Below are positions 20,505 to 29,000 of a DNA stretch of 62,516 nucleotides, piece by piece; position 1 is the stretch's first letter, and every line of letters starts with the position of its first letter. Position numbers and translations under genes: made by a program. The notes beneath the pieces are model-generated. The model was not told the DNA's origin, made no database searches, and saw only the letters and a program-made list of their open reading frames with translations. This DNA is from a virus (taxonomy: Duplodnaviria; Caudoviricetes). The stretch is taken from positions 1 through 62,516 of IMG/VR virus record IMGVR_UViG_3300023199_000083. The stretch is one strand, 5' to 3'.

Positions 20505-21130
20505 CTAGCCCTCCGATCCAAAATCAAACTTTGGCCGCGACGCTTCCAGTTCGTCCTGGTGAGCGCGCCACAGGCCGTCGGCGATCTCCGGGTCTTCGTG
20601 GATACTTCTGAACCAGGCGCGGCCTAGCTCCCCGGTCATCCCCGCGTGAACTCCTCGTTGGTAGGTGCTGATTCGCAGGGCGTTGACGAAGTCGGCGTTG
20701 AGGACGAGTCCGACTCGGGTGATGGGGCTGATTTTGTCGAGGATTCCGGTTCCAAACGTGGCGACCGCTTCGGCTGCGGGCCTAGTTTTTTTTTAACCCA
20801 TTCCATGTACGCCAAGTACTCCATCAAGACCGCTCGGACCTCCATCATCGTCAGCCCACGGCCTTTATGGTCCACTTCCGGGATGCCGAACACTTCTCGG
20901 CCAAGTCGCACAGTATCCGCCAGTGCTTCGTCGCGGTCCGTGTCGGGAAGGTGTTCCGCAGCTGCTACACGCTCGCAAGCGTAAAGATCGATCTCTTTGT
21001 GGTTCATTATCTCGAACCATACCGCGAGCGGGTCGATGCAGCGATACCGCACCCCGTCATGGTACCAGAACAGCCACGACTTACGCCGCCTGTTCAGTTC
21101 GAATTTCAACCGCCGCCATAATCTCAGCAT
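20505..21130 (-). CDS. Tail assembly chaperone pair (0-frame stop at 20636; -1 frameshift product to 20505)
   Basis: A9 run at 20786-20794; the -1 frame stays open until TAG 2 nt before the tape-measure ATG. Confidence 0.75.
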
Positions 21131-21148
21131 CACCGCCACCCCAGACAA

Positions 21149-21673
21149 CTAACTTGAAGAGTCCTCATCCCACTCAAACAATTCGAGTTTATCGGCATTG
21201 TCTCCGGTACCCGGACGCCGCAACCAGCACTCGAACCCTAGCCGGTAGAACCGCGCTCGAGTCCCGCTGTTGTACTCGATCGCCTGGCGAATAAAGCACG
21301 TGTGAAACGTCTTCTTCTCCTTGCCGCCGTTCAGGCGAATCGCCATTGCGATGCCTTCCTGCACGATGAGTCTTCCAAACTCAGGCACCGTTCCAACCGC
21401 GATCGTCGCATCGTCGGTGAACGTCTTGAGCTGGTCGAGCTGGTCTTTCTCGTACTTGGTCAAGTCCAGGTTCAGGTTCGCGATCGCACCTAGAAACTGT
21501 GTGTCGCTCGGAACGCCTCGCTCGCCACCGCGATCGTCCGTCGCAATATCGAAATAACGTGGCTCGATCCGTACCGGAACCCCATCGCGAGTGAACCCGA
21601 TTGGATCGAACGCCCCCCCGGATTTTTGTATCTCGACGAAAACCGGGCCCTCGTAATAATGGGCAATGGCCAT
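21149..21673 (-). CDS. Major tail tube protein
   Basis: IGFTRDGVPVRIEPRYFDIATD motif; lies before the chaperone; ends EDSSS. Confidence 0.7.
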   Translation of the reverse strand: MAIAHYYEGPVFVEIQKSGGAFDPIGFTRDGVPVRIEPRYFDIATDDRGGERGVPSDTQFLGAIANLNLDLTKYEKDQLDQLKTFTDDATIAVGTVPEFGRLIVQEGIAMAIRLNGGKEKKTFHTCFIRQAIEYNSGTRARFYRLGFECWLRRPGTGDNADKLELFEWDEDSSS

Positions 21674-21676
21674 CGA

Positions 21677-22189
21677 TCAGCCCCCCTTCACTATTCTGCG
21701 CATGGGATAGAACCGTCCCCGCGCCTTGTCCACGAACATGTTCATCCGGTCGATATGGATCGCCGACATTGTTTCCGCACTGGCATGTCCAGCCTTCTGC
21801 ACCTTGGCCACTTCGAATATCCGCTGCCCGGTCCGAATCAGTTCCAGCGCTTCGTCGTGCGACCGTTTCGCCTCGTCTCGCACTCGCTCGTATTCGTCCG
21901 ACCACGGCTTGCGAGCCCACAGCTTCCAGAACGCTACTCGGCACGTCAGGTCCGCCAAGTACGCTTGCGATTCGCCCGTCAGTTCTTCCAGGTCCTCGCG
22001 CGTGTACATGTTCGCCCGAAGCGTTGCGGCCACTACCTCGCCAGTCGCCGAGTCCAGGGCCGCCTTGATCTTGACGTTGTTGGACAGGTACTCTTCGGGG
22101 ATAAAGTTCCCGTCGTCCGCCACCAGGTTGCTCAATGTGCGGGCGTCGTAGCGGTTGATCAGGTCGGTTGCGGTTGCAAATGCTGCCAT
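21677..22189 (-). CDS. Head-tail adaptor (Mu gp36/DUF1320-like)
   Basis: FATATDLINRYD...IKAALDSATGEV...LTCRVAFWKL...ALELIRTG. Confidence 0.8.
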   Translation of the reverse strand: MAAFATATDLINRYDARTLSNLVADDGNFIPEEYLSNNVKIKAALDSATGEVVAATLRANMYTREDLEELTGESQAYLADLTCRVAFWKLWARKPWSDEYERVRDEAKRSHDEALELIRTGQRIFEVAKVQKAGHASAETMSAIHIDRMNMFVDKARGRFYPMRRIVKGG

Positions 22190-22284
22190 GGTCACTTTGT
22201 AGTAAAAAGACCGCTGCCGCACGGGGGCGCGACAGCGGTCCAGAGGCGGCGGCACCTCTCCAACACAGTTGGGGCTCCTGTCGC

Positions 22285-23346
22285 TTAGGCCGCGCTACTC
22301 GACGAACTCAACGGGTTCTTGATGAGTGCGCCGGCCAGCGGTGCCGTCAGGACCGGAGCGAAGTCGTCCACGACCCGAGTCCATTCCAAGCGGTTGTCCG
22401 TGTCGTGCTTGGATTCGACCGTCAGTTCTTCTTTCATAAACAGCGTGGCCGTCGAGAACGACGGGGCTCCGTCGATCCCTTCCAAGCCGCCGGGACGCGA
22501 CAGCATTAAAATCACATCGTCGCCCAGCACGTAGTTTTTCTGCACCGTCGAGGCACCTTTTCGCGTCGGTACCCGAACGGCATCTTCGACCACGATCCGG
22601 TAGTCGTACAGGGTTTCCGGGAAGCCGAACTGGGCGAGCGGGCCGAGGTTGCCCACCAACGTTTCTTTCGCCGCGGGCGATTGCTTTAAGTAGTCACGAA
22701 GTTCTTGCGTGACCGACAGCTGCCGAGCCACGGTAGGATTCATCACGACGACCAGCTGATGTCCCTTGACCGATCCGAGCGTTTGCAGCTTGATCTGGTC
22801 GGCCATGTGGTCCAGCGCTCGCTTGATGTCGGACCGATTCACCGTCGATTCGTCAAGGAACCCGGTCACGCCTTCGATATCGACCACGTCCTCCACGTGC
22901 CCGGTCGGATACGCCGACTCATTCAGCAGCACATTCAAGGTCCGCATCGTCCGCAACGTCATAGCCACCTGCGCGTTATGGCGCGACGCCTGGGCGAGTA
23001 GCGGCCAATCGGCCTGTTCCGGCGCTTCCTGCGGGTAGCTGTCCGTCGGCGCAAATCGCTGCGTCTTGTACGGCTTGAACTCGAACGACTCGCGATGACC
23101 CTTGCCGCTGGGCGCCGGGTCGCCATAGGGCCAGGCGTAATCGGCACCATCATCGGCCAGAACGCGGCCCGCCTGTTCGATCGTCATTTCAATGTAGAGG
23201 CCGACGTTTTTGTCGACCTTTACATACTGGACATAGCCGGGCAGCGCGAACTCGCGCGGGTTCCGGCTAAAGTCGATCACCAGGTTGTTTGTCGCGTCCG
23301 TATTCGGAACGAACGTGTTATAACCTGAAGGGAACATTTTCGGCAT
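22285..23346 (-). CDS. Major capsid protein
   Basis: 353 aa, after the scaffold and decoration genes; VVVMNP and GALIKN capsid-like motifs; ends SSSSSAA. Confidence 0.8.
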   Translation of the reverse strand: MPKMFPSGYNTFVPNTDATNNLVIDFSRNPREFALPGYVQYVKVDKNVGLYIEMTIEQAGRVLADDGADYAWPYGDPAPSGKGHRESFEFKPYKTQRFAPTDSYPQEAPEQADWPLLAQASRHNAQVAMTLRTMRTLNVLLNESAYPTGHVEDVVDIEGVTGFLDESTVNRSDIKRALDHMADQIKLQTLGSVKGHQLVVVMNPTVARQLSVTQELRDYLKQSPAAKETLVGNLGPLAQFGFPETLYDYRIVVEDAVRVPTRKGASTVQKNYVLGDDVILMLSRPGGLEGIDGAPSFSTATLFMKEELTVESKHDTDNRLEWTRVVDDFAPVLTAPLAGALIKNPLSSSSSAA

Positions 23347-23401
23347 GGTTCTGGCCTCACTGTTAAATTGGCTCTGTCAGGGCCTTGTTATCACTCAGAG
23401 A

Positions 23402-23824
23402 TTAAGACGACGATTCTTCAGCGGGGATCACAAACGGCGGCATGACCCAGCCGTAAACCTTCTCCCCTTCCAATCCAGCGGTGAACGGCTTGAAGAACGC
23501 GATTTCGCCAGCGTCGGCCACCACGCCTTTTCCTGCCGCGTCCGGGCGGAGGAACTGGCCCGCATCGCAGCCGCCCGACCCAAGCTCCAGAATGGCGTTC
23601 GACCCGAAGAAGCGAACCTCGTTCGTTTCGCCTTCCTCGCCCGCCAAGTTGGAAGTGTTCTGCGGCAGTGGCGCGGCGCCCGAGCCTTCGCCCGTAACGC
23701 CGACCACGTGCATCGAGTTAGCAGTCGCCTGAACCAGCTCGTGGTCCTCGGAGGTTGACTGCTCAACAAATCGAGACGGATTGACATCCCCCCCAAAATG
23801 GAAATTCATCGGATCAAAGGTCAT
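23402..23824 (-). CDS. Head decoration/cement protein
   Basis: VNPSRFV...VVGVT...AGQFLRPDAAGKGV; ends EESSS. Confidence 0.7.
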   Translation of the reverse strand: MTFDPMNFHFGGDVNPSRFVEQSTSEDHELVQATANSMHVVGVTGEGSGAAPLPQNTSNLAGEEGETNEVRFFGSNAILELGSGGCDAGQFLRPDAAGKGVVADAGEIAFFKPFTAGLEGEKVYGWVMPPFVIPAEESSS

Positions 23825-23840
23825 GGTCTGTCTCCACTGC

Positions 23841-23879
23841 AAAAAAAAGAGCCGGCCTCGCTATTAGCGAAACCGGCTC
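23841..23879 (-). terminator. Intrinsic terminator between scaffold and decoration genes
   Basis: GAGCCGG-TTTCGCTAATAGCGAGG-CCGGCTC followed by T8. Confidence 0.7.
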
Positions 23880-23914
23880 GATGATCTCGACACCGCTATG
23901 TCAGCTTGGTGGCC

Positions 23915-25471
23915 TTACACCGCCCCGTTCTTCTCCGGAACAAACGTGTCCGTATCGTTTTCCAGCATGTGGCCGAGCACGTCTTTGTACTCGACGCTGT
24001 GGCCCTGCTCTCGCAGCCGAAGCGTCCGCTCACGCGCCGCTTTGCTGTACCGCTCACGCTTTTCGTCCGACACCTTGCGAGCGGGGATTTCGCTCTTGGC
24101 GTAGCGGGCGACGGCGCTAATCGCCGGACTTCCGACACGCTCGTACCGTACTCGAATCCGGTCCAGGTGCTTGTCGAACAACTCGTCCGTAAAGTCGCCG
24201 CAAAACTCCATTTCCTCGTCCGCGTCCAGCATGTAACCTTCTTGCGAGGACAGCTCGGTCAGCGCTGCGTGCCGTTTGGCGTACCGCGCCTTCCGCTGCT
24301 CTTCGACGTTCTGCTCCTTGATCTCATCCACGACCTTTTTCAAGTCGCGATGGTCACGCTCCAGCTTGGCGTACCGCGACTTGAGCTCATCGCGCTCTTT
24401 GCGGTACTTGTTCGCCGAACTCGGTTCCGGCTCTCTGCCCTCCTCTTCACCGAGCCAGTTTTCGAAACACTGTGCGTATTGGCGGCGAGTGGCGTCGTCT
24501 GCGTGGTGCTTCATGTATCGCTGCACTTGGCGCAAGTCGTCCTCGTCGAACTTCGCCATATAGTCGCGCGCACCATCGCAATCGAAGTCATCACCCTTGG
24601 CATACCGCTTCATAAAACGGGACGCGACGCCTTGCGGGAACGCCATGTCTTCGTCACCCAGCGGCGGGCCAACGTCAGGGATCGTCGGTTCGTTCATAAG
24701 ATCAGCTCCTTCGCCTGGCGGCTCGGGGGTTAAGTGGACATTCGATTCATCGATCCACGCCATGATCGACGGCTTAAGCGCTTCAAGCAACTGTTGCAGC
24801 TGCTCCGGCGTGAATCGGTCTTTACTCGGCTCCTTCGCCAACTGGTCCGGATGCGCCGGCTCATCGTCTCCGCCGACCAGGCCGGGGATGTGCGTATTCA
24901 TTCCCGACGCAAACGCGCCGTCCCATTGGTACCGCAGCTTCTCGACGCCTTCGGGAGGCTTCTTGCTGTATCGATGGTATCGGATTAAGCCCAGGTCCTG
25001 CCTCGGCGTCTGCGCGCCAAGCAGTGCGATCGGGTCAATCCATCGGTCTTCCGGCTTCTTTTCCGGCCAGATTTCGACGCTGCGCCGGGGCCGAGCCTTG
25101 AATATTTTGTGGTGGTCTTTGGGTATACGGAACCGGGCGAAGATGCACGGCTGCTTTGATCGCTTGCCGACCTTGCCCATACGGAACGGGCCAGCGTACC
25201 CGATAATCGGCGGGTCCTTATCCGGGTCCCCATCATCGCTCGTGTGCCATGCCACGATCGGCGTGTAATCGTCGGTGTCCTCGATCCGCCGGTTGTTATT
25301 CTCAGTGATCCGGGTCAACAGCTTTTCGTCGTAGTCCACACCGTCATCGTCGACATGCGCGCGAAGAACTGGCACGTCTTCGTAGACGTAAAATTCCTCG
25401 CCCGTTTCCGGGTCGACTTCCAGCCGCGGCGATCTCCGCTGACTGTCCTGTGTCTTGGTTGCTGTTTCCAT
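23915..25471 (-). CDS. Prohead protease/scaffold (Mu gpI-like)
   Basis: PIVAWH...IGYA...PRRSVEI...IALLGAQTP N-terminal domain; coiled-coil C-terminal half. Confidence 0.8.
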   Translation of the reverse strand: METATKTQDSQRRSPRLEVDPETGEEFYVYEDVPVLRAHVDDDGVDYDEKLLTRITENNNRRIEDTDDYTPIVAWHTSDDGDPDKDPPIIGYAGPFRMGKVGKRSKQPCIFARFRIPKDHHKIFKARPRRSVEIWPEKKPEDRWIDPIALLGAQTPRQDLGLIRYHRYSKKPPEGVEKLRYQWDGAFASGMNTHIPGLVGGDDEPAHPDQLAKEPSKDRFTPEQLQQLLEALKPSIMAWIDESNVHLTPEPPGEGADLMNEPTIPDVGPPLGDEDMAFPQGVASRFMKRYAKGDDFDCDGARDYMAKFDEDDLRQVQRYMKHHADDATRRQYAQCFENWLGEEEGREPEPSSANKYRKERDELKSRYAKLERDHRDLKKVVDEIKEQNVEEQRKARYAKRHAALTELSSQEGYMLDADEEMEFCGDFTDELFDKHLDRIRVRYERVGSPAISAVARYAKSEIPARKVSDEKRERYSKAARERTLRLREQGHSVEYKDVLGHMLENDTDTFVPEKNGAV

Positions 25472-25478
25472 TGTCCCT

Positions 25479-25525
25479 AAAACAAAACAAGCCCTGCTGC
25501 CGGTTTGACAACAAGGCTTGGTTTT
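25479..25525 (-). terminator. Terminator-like hairpin in the leader of the protease gene
   Basis: CAAGCCTTGTTGTC-AAACC-GGCAGCAGGGCTTG followed by TTTTGTTTT. Confidence 0.55.
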
Positions 25526-25620
25526 CTCAACACCCTGATAACGCGTGCTTTAATGGGGCCGCTGCGGTGGACGGCTCCAGACCGCAGCGGAAATAGGATA
25601 CGCAAGGAACATCAGCCTAG

Positions 25621-25863
25621 CTACATCCTGCGAGTATTAAACCCCCCTTTTTTTCCCGTGTCAATACCGTTCCAGTCGCTTTTTTTGTAGATTCGGCCAG
25701 CAATTCGGACGCTGACCACCTGCCCGGCCTCGATCCCCACATCGATCGGCAGGCTCCCGAAGTAGTCCGCGTCCAGTTGCGACAGGCGGCTTTGAGCCAG
25801 CGCCCAGCTGACAACTTCCCCAATATTTTGCGAGTTTTGTACCGCCGACGCTCGATTAGACAC
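25621..25863 (-). CDS. Small DUF2292/YezD-like protein
   Basis: YFGSLPIDVGIEAGQVVSVRI motif. Confidence 0.45.
   Translation of the reverse strand: MSNRASAVQNSQNIGEVVSWALAQSRLSQLDADYFGSLPIDVGIEAGQVVSVRIAGRIYKKSDWNGIDTGKKGGFNTRRM
25636..25664 (-). promoter_or_regulatory. Sigma70-type promoter for the head genes
   Basis: TTGACA-17-TTTAAT. Confidence 0.6.
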
Positions 25864-26027
25864 TACCTGTCCCCCTGTCTCTCTGTCTCTAAATTTGCGA
25901 ATCCTGCCGCCACTATATCGAACACGTCCAGGTACGCATGTACCGCTTCCGCGCACGAGTTGGCGACCGCACCTTCAATCTCCGCCGGGTCAAACGAAAT
26001 GTCGGCTACACTCACGATCCGTGCTCC

Positions 26028-29000
26028 TTAGATCGTCCGCCCGAAGTCGCGACGCCCAAACGCCATCGAGTACGCTAAAAACGACGCGGCCAACACACCC
26101 GCCAATATGTACAGGTTCCGCCTGCCACCCACGGCATTGGCCAGCGCGTCGATGATCCCCACCTGTCTTTCGTCGCCGCTCTGCTGCATGTGCAGGATCG
26201 CATCCACGATCGCGTCCTGGTACTGGGACACGGCCGCATGGTTCCCGCGCACGATCTCGCGCTGGACATGGCTCGGCGGGATCGGCGGCTGCCAACCACC
26301 CGCCTTGGCGGTGTTCAGTATGTGCCGAACCGCGTAGTCCGCTTGCCGCACTTTATCCACCCCGGCGACCGGAGTGTGGCCAAGATCGGACGCCGCTGTC
26401 ACCAGGTCGTCCAGTCGCCCCATGTGTTCAGACAAATACTCGGCCGCGTCCAATGCCCGCTGATCGCCCGTCTCGCCCTTGGCATGGTATCCAAGCGAGT
26501 TGGCGACGTACTTGACGAATCGCTTCATCGCCACGGTATCGCCGTAGTCGCGTGCCGGGAGCCCGAACTCCGAAGCTATTTCGCTTATCCGCTCTTCTTC
26601 ATCCTGCATCTGGGCCTGTTGCTGGTCCAGTTGCTGCTGATACTCATCTAGCGTGTCTCCGGTGACGTGGCCGAAGTCCACCATCCGTTCTGACTGGACC
26701 TCTACGCCGTCCCGATTGCGCCAGAACTCCGGGCCATGCGGCGGGTAAAACACCTTCGTCCACTGGTCGTCGCCCGGCAGCACGGTCCCCGGATTCAGCC
26801 GGCCCAACTCTTGCACTAACTGCTGCTTACCACGCCCTGCTTGTGGCCGCTGCTCAGGATCTGTAGGCGGCATTTGTTCCGCCTCCATTTCAGGCCCCGG
26901 TTCCAGTCCTGGCTCCGTCGTCTCTTCTGCCGCTTTTTCCGGGAAGAAGTTTTCGACCAATGCGGTCAAGTCCTCGGCGAACTGCTGTACCGACTCCGCC
27001 TGCCGCTGTGCCTGCGCGCCCAGTTTCATCGCCTCCGCTATCGACCCGCGATCTTTATAGCCACGGTTCCAGGCCGCTTGCGCCATTTGTGCATGGCCTT
27101 CCCCTAGTTTTGATTCCATTCCGGGCCGATCGTTGTTACGCAAGTTGTCCATGACTCTATCCAGCGTGTACTGGTCGATGTCCTGGATGTTGTGCGTCCG
27201 GAGCCGAGCCGCTGCCCGAGCATCTTCCGCCGCTGTCTGTGGTTGGTCTGCTGTCTCTTCCGGATCAGGCTCCTCGCCTACTTCTGGTTCATGCTCCGGC
27301 TCTGCTTCAGCCACGGCGTCCGGCCCATCCTCTTCCGGCTCCTGGTCGGGAGGCAGTTCCTCTTCCTCCGCATCGATCGCTTCGGGAGTGCCACGAACCT
27401 GGGTAGCATCCGGTGCCCCTGCGCCTTCTATCATTGCCTTCTCTTCGTCGGAGAACTTCTCCCATTCCTCCTGTGGAATCCACTGGCCGCCGACATACGG
27501 CTTTCCGGCAAGGTATAGCGGATTGTCCGCCGTGTGGCCTTGCGGTGCGCGTCGCTGTTCGTACCGGATCGGCGATTGGGAACCGGCGCGGATAATCAAA
27601 CGCTGCTTGATGGCGGTCGCCAGCACGTACCGGTAGTGGTGCTTCATGCCCTGCCGCAACTGCTCCAGTGTGCGCTTTAATTCCTGGCTGATGTACGCCT
27701 TGGACACGCCACGCTCGGCGGCGATGTCCTTTTGTTGCTGCGGCCCTTCCTCTCGACGACGCCCAATTCCAAACGTGCGTTCTAAAAGGTCTCGCTTCTT
27801 TTCCGGCAGTTCGGACAGCAGGCCCTCCACTTGTTCCAGCGCCTCGACCGTCCCCGGGGCTTCGAACGGCTCTTGTGCATCGGGATCGGCGACGGTGCCC
27901 ATGTCCGGCGCGTCTTCTCCGGTCCCGCCGACACCACGGGCCACCCGCGTTTGCCTCGCTTCCGTGCGCAGTTCGTTCAGCATGTAGCCATTGATGTACT
28001 GTGACGCATAGGACTTAAACGGAACGCCACGGTTCGGATCGAATCGCTGGGCCGCGTCCCATAGCCCGATCATCCCGGCCGCCTCCAGCCAGTCGCGCTT
28101 CTCGCGGTCCCTGCCCGCCTTCCGGCTCGCGGCCGTGCGCACCATCGGCAAGTGTTCGTCGTACAGCTCCTGGGCGCGGTGGTACTGCTCCTCGTTCTCC
28201 ATCGCCTCTTCTACCGGATCGATCTCCGCCGGCCGAGTCTGGGGCGCCGGTCGCGGCTGGGGAGCGGGCGCCGGTTGCCGTGACTCTGGCCGAGCGGGCT
28301 GCCGTGGCGGCTCTTCACGTGGCGGCTGGGCCGGTTCCTGTTCGGCCGCTGCACCCGCCGCTGCATCTGGGGGCGTAGTAGCTGGTTTCGGATCAGTCTC
28401 TTTCCGCGGATGTAGCGGCTTCTGCCCGGTGCCGAAACTTGGCCCGGATTGGCCCTGTCCCTTCGGCGCGAACTGTCCGCCCTTGCTGCCGGGCGTCCCC
28501 TCCGGTTGGCGCGGGTGCTTGTCTTCGTCTTCTGTGCCCCAATCGAATGTGCGCTGCCTTTGTCCGGGCGCTGCGTACCGCTTCTTTCGCATCTGCTGCG
28601 GGCCGGGCTCTGGCGGCGGCTCACCGCCAGATTCACCGCCGCCAGATTCACCGCCGCCAGACTCACCGCCGGGCTCACCGACCGGAGTCTGCGGATTGAT
28701 CGGTCCGCCCGGACCCATGATCGGCCCGCCACCTTCTTCCGGGCCTGGAGGTGGCGGGTTCTCTGCCTCTTCGATCGCCATCCGGATTTGCGGATTGTAC
28801 AGAACTTCGTCGCCGTCCTGGGGAACGGACAGGCCCAGCTTGTCCATGATCTCGCTGCTTTTCAGCTTGCCGCCCATGTTCCAAAGTTGGCTGATTTCCT
28901 GCATCAAGTTCGGCGGGATACTGGTCTCGGTCTTGAGCCGGAAATAGAAGTCCGCGTTCCGATACTGCGGCATGTTGTAGTCCCGCAGCGGTGACACAAA

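Noticed and set aside
28619-28680. GGESG 15-nt repeats, and SSSEEE 18-nt repeats near 13730-13790, as independent elements
   Set aside because: In-frame low-complexity linkers
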